A stretch of 64,000 nucleotides of DNA from Phoronis australis (lineage: Eukaryota > Animalia > Phoronida), in contig NMRA01000089.1 of the NCBI GenBank assembly GCA_002633005.1, forward strand, positions 310,001 through 374,000, written 5' to 3'. Below the pieces are notes generated by a model. That model did no database searches. It saw nothing but the letters and a program-made list of their open reading frames with translations, and was not told the origin of the DNA. Below are positions 53,608 through 64,000 of the stretch, in pieces (within the stretch, counting starts at the first letter, position 1; each line of letters starts with the position of its first letter). A program made the translations under genes and the position numbers.

Positions 53608-54576
53608 ACATTCCTAATTTCTTTGGAAACCACCGTCAGCAAAAATTGCAAGGAGAGCCAACACACGTGAGTTGCACCAGTTTGAGACCGTTTTGACTAA
53701 ACGACTTCCACTGCACTGGAAATCCCAGGGGCCCAGGGCACAGGCAGAGTGGAGGGACGTCTCCAAGACCCCCGACTTAATTGCAACTTGCAACCTTAGT
53801 TGCAATATTGCGACCTTAGTATTTTCTTAGCGTTACACAAGGGATTTGTAAAACGGTTTGTGTGTACGTTGCATGAATGAGGACCCGACTATAGGCATGC
53901 ACAAACCAATGGCCAGAAAAGTTTATAACAATTTCGTTTATTCGGCACACTGGCAGTTAAAGCGAATCTGCAAATACTCCTTGAAATAAAAGTCAAACCT
54001 TGTACAAAGTTTGTTTTAAAACCCCACTATGATTAAAAAGTACACTAAACCAGAAATCAAAACACTTTTTGAGTATTTTCCGTAGAAATAAGAAACTTTT
54101 TGTGACTGATCGAAATTTTTACCTCACATGCAGATATGGCGGAAGTGAAAAAGGACAAATCTTTGGGGTTACCTTCGAAACTCCATGCATTTTCTTATTG
54201 CAGGTCGTAGCATTGAAAATCTAAATTTGAATAAAAAATAGCTATTTAACCCAAGCTTAATGTGATATTTAGTTTTTAATTGAAAATATTTTATTAAGTG
54301 AGGTTTTTGAGCGTAAAGTGAAGTTTCAGTATTCTAGCATTAATTTGTGGTCTTAGCTATATTCTGGTCAAAACGATTAATGATTTTTTTATAAAATAAC
54401 ACAATGTCGTAACTATGACATTTTTTTTCTACTATTTTATTTCTTTTGCTACATGAGAATGTAACATTATAATATTATAAATAACCAATCATGGTGATAC
54501 GCCTATATTTTATTAATTTCTTCACATATTTTTTATGAAGATGAATAAATTTAAGGACCCGACATTGTTGTTGAAA

Positions 54577-54721
54577 ATGGCTTCCGCAAGCAGAAAGCAG
54601 AAGCCTGCGAAGGGAATTCAGCGCTTTGAAAGCGAAATTGATAAGTTGCGTTGTAAAGGAAACTGGATAAAGGCCATGGAAATTGCCAAGCAAACATTGC
54701 CCAAAAGTATTGGTGGAATTG
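54577..54721 (+). CDS. TTC7: TTC7 coding exon 1
   Basis: AAAATGG start, QRFESEIDKLRCKGNW, gtaagt donor. Confidence 0.88.
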
Positions 54722-57700
54722 GTAAGTAACGAAATTCCACAACCTTCGGTTCCATGTTGTTGTTGGTGGCATGCCGGGCAGTAATCAGTAATGTAGTGAT
54801 TCCAAAAGGTGTCCTTACATCTCATTGGCCATTACCGGCATATGGGCCTTACAGCCAACGTCGGCAGTCTCCAAGATGAACAGCAGTCGTCTCTCGATGC
54901 CGACAGAGGGCGCGCGCGGCAGAAGGCCAGCGCAGCAGTGAGACAGGTCAAGTGACGTCTCACTACAGTAAGATCACTAGGCAATGACCATCGCCTCTGT
55001 TGGCCCGAACCAGAGGCGATGCAGAGGCTATAGGCGCTCTGTACGCCGGAATCTTTTCGGCGAATTATGCCTCGCACCGACTAAACCATCAAAGTCACGT
55101 TGTTATAAGTACCTTTTGTGCATTGAGGAACACCTTAGGAGGTTGTCGATGTGTTTAATTCCTTCCAACTCGAATAAATACTCCCGTTATGAAACTTTGT
55201 CTTCGAGCAGTCCCTATTTCAGTTCCCAAAATCGTGAAATCAACATTTTCATTTTTTTAACCAGGCCGAAGGTCAGAAGTTGCGGACCTAGCGGCGAACT
55301 TTGAAAGCTGACGTTCCTGCCCTTCGCGTACGTGCTGCCGGGAACCAGCCATGCATTTGCCGTGTTGTTAAACATTAAAATGTCAAATATGTGCACAAAG
55401 ACTATTAAATGTCATATCAACAGCATTTATTTTTATCAAATACAAACAATAATTCATTGAAATACAATCAGTTTCAAGTAACGCCAATTAACGACAAGTA
55501 TAATTGGTGGCATTTTGGAAACGAACATTTGACTGACAAGACCGCAATGGCTCACCTTTGGCCTATTTAAAGATTGAGGTCATGAAGTCACATCACCTAG
55601 CGAGCGCGGTAAAAATTGGAGCGTGCGCAATATAAAAATGGTGAGTTCACGATTTTGGGAACTGAATAGGGATTGCTCGAAGAAATAGTTTGATAATGGG
55701 AGTATTTGTTCGAGTTGGAAGGAATTAAACACATCGACAACCTCCTCAGGTGTTCCTCTATGCGCAAAAGGTATTTATAACAACGTGACTTTGATAGTTT
55801 AGCCGGTGCGAGGCATAATTCGCCAAAAAGCTTCCGGCGTACAGAGCGCCTATAGCCTCTGCATCGCCTCTGGTTCGGGTCAACAGAGGCGATGGTCATT
55901 GCCTATAAGATCACAGGCGTCCTCAGCTTCTGATCGTCCCCAATACACTCAGTGTTCTCCACGACCTGTTTTGACTCGACGCGGTAACGAGTTTGGATTT
56001 TGCTGCGTCGAGTTTGGGGAAAGTGCGTCGAGTTTGGGGAAAGCGCGTTGAGTTTGGGGACAGCGCATCGAGTTTGGGGAAAGCGTGTCAAGTTTAAAAA
56101 TTGCCGCGCCAGGTTTAAAACCTTGGCTGACTTGGTACTGCAGCCCTCAGCATCTAATCAGAGCCTGATTTTACCAACAGTTAACATATAGTTCACTTTA
56201 GTAAGAGGCAGTTAAACAGCACCGTAATCGCCGTATTAAGGCATCCGGGGCGCTTATTGTAACCCAAGGGGGTTGATACCCGGTCTCAGAAACAGGTGAA
56301 GTCGGAAGCTAGGATTCATCAAATTTATGCTATGTGATGTATCTGTAGCTTGTGACAGGCTTTCAATAAAACAACAAAACTGTGGTGCGTTGCTATCAAA
56401 CTTCGTCATTGTTAAATTACGATCATTCTACAGAAAATTGTGCTGAAATCCCAGAGCGAAAACACGCCTACTTTTTGCGCCGCTGCCTAGCGATTGTCGA
56501 CAGGGCAGCTTAAATACAAATATAGTTTCGACTCAACAAATTACCTGAAATCCTCACTTAAGTTTTCCAAATAGTGTTCCTAAGATTTTAAGTTCCTGTG
56601 GAGTCTGTATTATGATAGGTTTAAGTCTGTGCAATATTGTATCCAGCAACTTGAGAAAAATCTCTGGACGAACACACATGTCGTAGTGAAGTGACCTTTG
56701 TTTTGAAGATCGTCTGCGTGTGTGAGTGAGCAAGCGCGTGCGTGTCATCAGCGTTCATTTGCTGGAGGTGTGCATTGTAACTAAAGAAATAACACAAGCA
56801 GTATCACGAGAACGCGTTTTATTTAGCACTTGCTGATCACATCTGCTATTAAAACGTGTGAGATTTGTCTCGGTAGGGTCTAAGACCGAATGTCGTTGAG
56901 TCGCCGGGTGACTGGATGTGTGCGGAGGTGTCCACTATTATTTGGGCATTTTATCAGGTAGTTTACTTTAAAAACACCAATTTTGAATACATTGAAAAAG
57001 TGATTAATAAGGCAATCTCTCTTAAAAACAACGCAACAGTTTTTACGGCATTAAAAACTTTCTGAAATTAGTGGCCAATATTTATTTCTTGCCGATATAG
57101 CTACCCGGCGTAGCTTCATCGATAGACTAATGTCTGCGATGTCAAGTGATAGGTATGTAGCGCGCGCTTCCTGGCCACGTGCTTTTAACAACAATTTTTT
57201 TATTCGTGAGACAGTCATAAGCGGTTTTCACGTGTAGGCCTTACAAAGTGTTAAAAAGTAGGTCACACCTGACCAGTTCAATATACATTTTTGAAACATA
57301 GGTCCTACATAAATTACCTCCAGTGTTGACTACTGATACTGAACTCTAGAAATTTGCGTCGAGTTTGGAATTGTTATTGTGGAGAACACTGTACACTACA
57401 TGTAATACAACAAGGTATGACACTCCCGACTAGAAATTCCACGGGTGCTTCACTTCAGCCCTCCATAGCTAACATAAAACTCAATAAATTTACACAAAAC
57501 AAAGTTTCAACAAACCATTGGCAATTGTTCTTTCTTCCAATACCATTCACGGTGTCATGTTCCAGCGACTTCGTAAGAAATTCGCAGTCAAAGAACAAAA
57601 ATGTTCACAAAAAGCCCAAACACTTCCATCTTGGACGGCTCGAGGTCAAGGACGGTACGGAAATTGCCAGTTTGTCGCGTAAAGTCACGATAACGCCGTC

Positions 57701-60700
57701 CATCCATAATTCATCGGTAATTTCAAAATGCCCAAGGTCAAGCGGAAACTTACAGAGGGTGATGGGATGAGGAGGTCACCTGTCTTCTAGCCACTCCAAT
57801 AGGCTTCAGTTCAGAAGGGTAATAAGTATAAGATACAGAAAAAGGTCTAGTGTATCTGGCTCCATGCTTGACGAATTGCCTTAGACTAGGCAGGTGAACA
57901 ACCGGCTCACTCTATTACTAGCAGTCAACCCACCCTACTCACTAGTACTCCCATGTATGCTCTTCCAGACATGCTAATCATAAGGCATATCACATGCCTC
58001 ACAGGAAACGTAATTTCTATTTCTGTGGTCGTCTGTCATGGCATTCATGACCAGATTGTTCTACTGGCATATTTACATATTAATTAAATAACAAAACAAT
58101 TAACAGCAGGTAAGTGATAAAGTGATTTTTTTTTAATTCGCTCACACTCCTCCCAGTTTTGCTACAATAGTCGCGCTGTCTGGCCTGACATTTGTCTGAA
58201 CATTACTAATGTTCTGGAACTTTCCTCAGGGTTCCACCGGAGCCCTGCCTCCACTGGTCACGCGTCAGGCCTTAGTTGGAGACCAGTGTTGAGAAATCAC
58301 TGAGTACTTTCTTCAGTCAAGCCTATACTCAGCATGTGGTGTTACTGGTCAATATTCATTTGAGGAAAAGTGTCATGATAGTTACAAATTCTTGGCATGC
58401 TTTATTTTTTAAGATTTTAATAACAATATGAAGGTACACAATGGAAGCAACTTTTGGTTATACCAAGCAGTTCAGACAGTTGTGATGACTTCATGTTTAA
58501 AAGTGTTTTGTTGAATTTTTAGACGAATTAACAAATCTTTTGAGTGCCGAACAAAGACTGGAAGAATATCTGCGGTTAAATCCTGCAACGGAAACCAACA
58601 TATTTAAAGCCAGGAATGAGATGGGCCCTGTTGAAAGTCAACTTCAAGGTCTTGTGACACATTGTAAAGGAAAACGGGTATGATTAAAGACAATTTCTAT
58701 TTTATAACATTTTTAGCTTTCAGTGTTTGCAAGCGATGTTCTTTTTTCTTGTGGTTTGAGCTGCACAATTGTTGTTTTGTATTTTGCAGTTATAAGTACT
58801 GGCCTACTTGTTGCTATGTGAATTGAATTACAATTCATAGGAAATATGTTCAGGATGGGTTTGCTGTAAGTGGTTAAAAGTCATTTGTAAACTGGTTCAT
58901 CCTGCGACTTGTGGCCTGTTAAATTCAAGTACCCACGGGGTGCCAATTATGCCAAGCTGAAACTTAGATAAGTCAAGTTAGCGGTGGTTAATCTTTCTGT
59001 TAAAGATGTCAATAAACAACATTCTATCGTGTGTTATTAGGAATACTAATTTACCTTTTAATAATACCAAAACAAAAAGCTCTACCCCAAAACATGAACC
59101 AATACCGTGGTTTTCAAAGATGGTGTTGTATGGGACTTTAACTACTTGCCATTCTCGGCTCACTTAATTACACAGGGGAACACAAGAAGAATTTACTCGT
59201 TTGTAGATGTCGCAGATCTGGATGATGACCAGAGGTAGTGTGGCTGTTGTCGCAATGGTCAGACACAGGAGGCTCTGCATACACGTCCATTACTGTACAG
59301 CAATACATAAATATTGAGCCCAGGGTTTGAACCCTCTCTGTTTCTGAATCTGTACCTGTCTTGGTTTGCGCACCATGTTTTTTAGCTTTCATTGGTCAAA
59401 CTTCATGATTACTAACCTGAGAATGTTCCATAGCAGTATGGCTTATGTACAAGTTGATAATAAGTCAGTACTCCTTATATGTAGATATCTTTATATGTAG
59501 ATATCTGGGTCTGTTTATACCAAAGTTCCAAATGTGATTTGACAATCTGTATATCACGTGCATATTCATGTCTGAGTTGATTGGATAATCTTTTTGACAT
59601 GCTTTCATGTTCGAGTTGTGATTGGGCAATTTTTATTGCAGGAAAATATCTACTTTGAAGCATCTCTGCTGTTGTGCAAGCTCTACCATGCTAAGGGTGA
59701 ACACGACAAATCGCTAAAGGTTCTTGATGACATTGGAATCTATACTCTTACACTGCCTGATGCCTCAACACATTTCCTGCGACTGCTAGCCGAAGGATGG
59801 GCTGTCAGGGGTAATGCTGGTGGCATACAACAGACTTCAATCTATGAAAGTTAGAAAGTTTGTGGTCTGATATGAACGTTTTATGTTGAGATGTTCAGAA
59901 CGGGTGTTTTGTCATTTCCTGGCTTTCTTAGAAATGTGTTACGGCTGAGGTCATGATGTTTCATTCCTCATTCTAAGACTCTTCACCACTGGTGCTGGTT
60001 TCTATCAAGAATTATCAGTACCATTTGATTCAATATTTCTTGTTCATACATTATTTTGATGTTATTTTATGAATACTACAGGTTTGGAAATAAGTACGTA
60101 TACCGTTCTCCATGACCTGATAAACAACTTTCGATTTTGCCGTGACGAGTTGGGTCACCTGTATCAAATTTGAAAAATGGAGAACACTAATATACTGGTG
60201 TTAGGTTTAATTGTTCACACAACTGTAACGGTTGCCTGTCTGCCCTCATACAGTTACCCATCTGTGGAAACTCATTTTTCAAGAGAAGAATTCGTAAACA
60301 AATTCTCGTTCAATTAACCAAATCAGCAACTGGCCATTTTTACTCTACTCGTTCCAAGGGATATGACGTCATATCTTGTATATGTCTACAATAATGTCAT
60401 CCAGAAACTGACAAGTATTGTACCAAATGAACTTGAGCACTTGAGTACACATGTTCAGCCCTGTTGGCCACTGTATAAATCGCAACAGAAGAGATTATTT
60501 CTATGAGCAAAATGGGAATTGAAACATCAAAACCAGGAAATACAAGTTTCCAAGCTAGTGATCTTCTTGTATTTGTGATATCTATCCTTTTTTTTACTTT
60601 CAGGGTATTGTTTGGAGAAAATCCCCAAGTCGAAGAGCTTGCAGAAATACCGTCACAAAAGTGAGCTGGATAAAGAGATTATTAACTGTTATGAAAAGTC

Positions 60701-63700
60701 TGGCAATCTGACCATTTTCTACTTCCAAGAACTGGACAAGTTGTCAGATTCTGACTTGTCACTGGGGTCAAATGGTGTGTGCGGTGGGTTACAGTTTGCT
60801 TTGGGAAGTAATCTACTGCGAGACACTGTCCAGAAGAGCTCTATACACCACCTGAGTAGTGGGTAAGCAATGTTAATTAGTGGTAAAAAATCGTGTGGTT
60901 AGGAAATGCATACATTATGTGTTGGATTTAAGTAAGGCTTTGTGTACACCACACCCTAGTACTAGTAGGCTCCTTGTTTCACTATTTTAAGTGACTCATT
61001 TCGGACTGTACGAATATACTTGTACTAGTGCTAGGCTCCTTGTCTCACTAGTTTAATTGACTCGTTTCTGACTGTAGAAATCCATTTGTACTAGTAGGCC
61101 CTTGTTTCTCTAGTTTAAGTGACTCATTGCTGATTTTAAAAATCCACTTGTATTAATAGTCTCCTAGTTTCACTAGTTTAACTGACTCATTTCTCTATTG
61201 TAGAAATCCTCTTGTACTAGTACACCCCTTGTTTCACTAGTTTAAGTGACTCATTTCTCTATTGTAGAAATTCACTTGTACTAGTAGGCTCCTTGTTCAC
61301 TAGTTAAGTGACTCATTTCTGATTGCATCAATCCACTTGTACTAGTAGGTTCCTTCTTTCACTTGTTAAGTGACTCATTTCTCTATTGTAGAAGCCTAGT
61401 GAATGGCATCAACAGATTCAGAGAGTTATTGATGGCTGTTGAGACAAGGTCTACTCAATCACTAAGACAGGTAACTCTGATTTTGCTTATTCCCTGTACG
61501 TGGTTGGAAATCATGCATGAATGAAAATGAGTTATGGGTAATCTGCCACAGATTGTTGTATGACATCTGATTAGTCTTACAAACTAGACCATGTAAAAGG
61601 TGTGCGTTTGAAATCGCACCAAACGTAAGAGTTGCGGTATTGTTTAGTCTTTCGATTTTAAATGCTTTTTGTCTTGCCATTTGGACCTCAAGATTTTAAC
61701 ATTTAATTCAGCTGAATAGGCCAAACCTGGATGATTAACACATTTCAGGACTAGCCTGAACAGTTGACTGCTTATGCTGAAGTCCTCTTGTTTTACAGAC
61801 GTTAGCACGTGAACTTGCTGAAGCACTCCTCCGCGGTGTCTGCAGTAAATCGTACATACCATGTAAAGGGCAGACGGCAGGCAACGGTGTAAGACAGCCC
61901 CTCATATCCAATTCCAAACCACTTGTGTACATGCCCAACAGGGTTATGTTTGTACCCAAGGATGAGCAGGAGGAGGCATTGTTATTGCTGTTGATAAGTG
62001 AAGCGATTGTAAGTTGATTGACGACATGTATGGTTACGATACAGGAAAGCTATCATCCCTGTTAAGGGGCAAGTACTAATACCAGATGTTTCTAAGAGCA
62101 GAGCAAATTTCAATGTCAAACAAGAGTGAACTCTGAGTTTTGCCCCTTTGTGGAGCTTGCTTGCATTGGGATGCAGATTATCTTGTATATTTTGGCTGTT
62201 GTTAAACCTAGCCTCTCTTTTTTGGGGTATCATGAATTCAAGTTGTGTGAAATGCTGTCTTGGTGACTGCTGACTTTCTGTGATGTTTTATGTAAAACAA
62301 TATGCTATTGTCATCCTTCCAAAATGATTATTGTATTCATGTTCAGTTGGGCGTTCTATGGTGTCTAGAGGAGGGTTTCAACCACAGTTTCCCTGTGATG
62401 AACTTTCATAACAACACCAAAACACATTCTACTTAGTGCTGTTTTTGGTCATGCCCGAAGATGGTCCCTTGTTCCTAAGCTCACTCCAAATCCTCTGGTG
62501 CATTAACAAATCAAGTTTTAATGGTTTCTGCCATGCATTTGTTGCTAATTGGGACCAATGCTGAACATTAAAGGATGTCTCATTGCTTTAACACAGCTCT
62601 GCGCACAGAGAGAGGGTGGGAGGGAGGGAGGAAGGGAGGGAGGGAGAGAGAGAGAGAGAGATAGACGCACTATTTATACAACAACAAAATTCTTCATTCG
62701 TAATTGTTTTTGTTACTATTTTTCTGAAATGTTACACAATGCATTCAAATCCAATCTCCGCAATGAACACTGGGGCGTTAGCAAATTTTTTTGTTATTAT
62801 TTTCATAAGGCTACACATGAGGCGGTGCTAGAAAGATCTGAAGAGCATGAAGACACTCGTGTTCACTCGCTACAGAATGCATCTGCTGTGCTGGACTTGC
62901 TTACGATAGCACTTGTCAAGCGCTCTCAGTTCGACATGTTAGCTGGTGTAGGTATTCAAGCCCACTTTTCCATGTTATGGGAGAATATATGAAGAGCAGC
63001 TTCGTAGAACACTATCTTGTCTTGGCTTTTGGGTCATTGCGATTAGTTATATCAAGTATCATCTGAGGCGTAGTCATACCTGGCACTATTAGATAACTGT
63101 TATTTTCGGAGAAGGCGATCAGTATTAAATTGTTTTTTAAATCCTGAAGTTATGTAGGACCTTATTAAAAAGTCTGCATATTTTTCCAAATGTTTACAAA
63201 AGTCTAGTAAGTAAAATTAATTTCATTTGAAAAATTTAGCAGGCACATTGCTAGCAAAGCAACAGTGTCAATATCACGATCATGTTGTGCTCGATATTAA
63301 TGTTAGATCTAAAAATGGTGTTACAGTTTTATCAAATATCCTTTCATTTTCGTTTCATGCAACTTGAGAGTTTTTTCATGAAAATCATAAAAAGTTATTT
63401 TTGAAAGTCCCTCATGTAAAAGTAGAAATTTTAAAAACGGTTCCTAACTGCGTTTTAGAGAGCAGTGTATGCTGATGATAAAGTGGGGTCATAGGTTATT
63501 ATGGTGGCTCAGTGTCAGCAAACTTATAATACTGTATTTTGAAATTGGTATTAGTTGAAACTACGGTGAAATCTTACAAATTTAGGACACGGTGTGGTGG
63601 ATTGGTGAAATTTTATCCTGTTTTTTCGTAAAAGACAGCTGCACAAAATCGATGGTTCGCTAGTTGTAAGTTTTATTACATAGCTTGGCATCAGACAAAG

Positions 63701-63980
63701 GTTTTGAGTAGTGAAGGGCAGTCTCTACAATATGTTAAAAACCTTTGAAAATTTAAAAGATCAGTTTTAGCAATGAAATTGGTGAGGTTTTACCTTAGTC
63801 TGGCCAAAGCAGTGTTGATTCTTTTTTTAAGGTCTCAGTTAAGAAGTCCTTGTAGATATTATGTTCTGTTCAATATTCACGCTGTTACTCTTACAGTCGT
63901 TTCAAAATTCCATGAAGTACTCGTTTGATGAATTCCATCAGTGGTTTCAATTTGCCTTGACACTCGTCAGTGCTGAAAAG
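54577..63980 (+). CDS. TTC7: Tetratricopeptide repeat protein 7 (PI4KA complex subunit), first 8 coding exons, continues past window
   Basis: Exons 54577-54721, 58523-58677, 59642-59810, 60604-60862, 61392-61470, 61799-62008, 62810-62947, 63897-63980; motifs RFESEIDKLRCKGNW, GINRFRELLMAVETRST, LARELAEALLRGVC, FVPKDEQEEALLLLLISEA, SLQNASAVLDLLTIAL, MKYSFDEFHQWFQFAL. Confidence 0.93.
54978..55905. mobile_element. Mutator-like (MULE) foldback element in TTC7 intron 1
   Basis: About 275-bp inverted arms; exact 9-bp TSD taagatcac (54969-54977, 55906-55914). Confidence 0.85.
55988..56096. repeat. 20-bp tandem repeat, about 5 copies
   Basis: gagtttggggaaagYgcgtY. Confidence 0.85.
58523..58677 (+). 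CDS. TTC7: TTC7 coding exon 2
   Basis: ELTNLLSAEQRLEEYLRLNP; 155 nt. Confidence 0.87.
59642..59810 (+). CDS. TTC7: TTC7 coding exon 3
   Basis: EASLLLCKLYHAKGE...LRLLAEGWAVRG. Confidence 0.9.
60604..60862 (+). CDS. TTC7: TTC7 coding exon 4
   Basis: CLEKIP...EIINCYEKSGNLTIFYFQELDK. Confidence 0.9.
60959..61393. repeat. About 60-bp minisatellite, about 7 units
   Basis: gtactagtaggctccttgtttcactagtttaagtgactcatttctctattgtagaaatccactt consensus. Confidence 0.9.
61392..61470 (+). CDS. TTC7: TTC7 coding exon 5
   Basis: GINRFRELLMAVETRSTQSLRQ. Confidence 0.9.
61799..62008 (+). CDS. TTC7: TTC7 coding exon 6
   Basis: TLARELAEALLRGVC...EEALLLLLISEAI. Confidence 0.92.
62608..62661. repeat. (GGGA)n/(GA)n microsatellite
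   Basis: Seen directly. Confidence 0.9.
62810..62947 (+). CDS. TTC7: TTC7 coding exon 7
   Basis: EAVLERSEEH...SLQNASAVLDLLTIALVKRSQF. Confidence 0.92.
63897..63980 (+). CDS. TTC7: TTC7 coding exon 8
   Basis: SMKYSFDEFHQWFQFALTL; gtgagt donor. Confidence 0.9.
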
Positions 63981-64000
63981 GTGAGTAAATCCTGTCACAG

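Noticed and set aside
54984-55899. Two similar ~100-aa ORFs on opposite strands
   Set aside because: They are the two arms of the foldback transposon; no transposase motifs recognised
62549-62992. 147-aa ORF as an independent gene
   Set aside because: Microsatellite read-through into TTC7 exon 62810-62947

Overview
Eukaryotic (invertebrate bilaterian, probably spiralian; species not determinable) genomic DNA with three intron-rich genes reconstructed by hand from GT-AG boundaries and phase continuity. (1) A complete Girdin/Daple (CCDC88) gene on the minus strand, 95-40662, 28 coding exons, about 1809 aa, with an N-terminal Hook domain, long coiled coil, GBA motif and a Daple-type C-terminal EYGCV. 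(2) RPS27A (ubiquitin-eS31 fusion, 156 aa) on the minus strand with a TCT/5'TOP start. (3) The first 8 coding exons of TTC7 on the plus strand, head-to-head with RPS27A. Signals not shown by the ORF track: three copies of a SNORD58-like box C/D snoRNA in RPS27A introns, each with a second antisense element to the adjacent 28S segment; three frame-preserving microexon candidates in CCDC88; three tandem duplications that copy real splice sites; a 2.2 kb hAT-like element with a 5-bp TSD inside the RPS27A/TTC7 divergent promoter; a Mutator-like foldback with a 9-bp TSD; and a CCDC88-RPS27A-TTC7 linkage echoed on human 2p and 14q32. Most short ORFs in the track are spurious. No prokaryotic system or CRISPR array is present. 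Homology statements are from memory, not from a database search.
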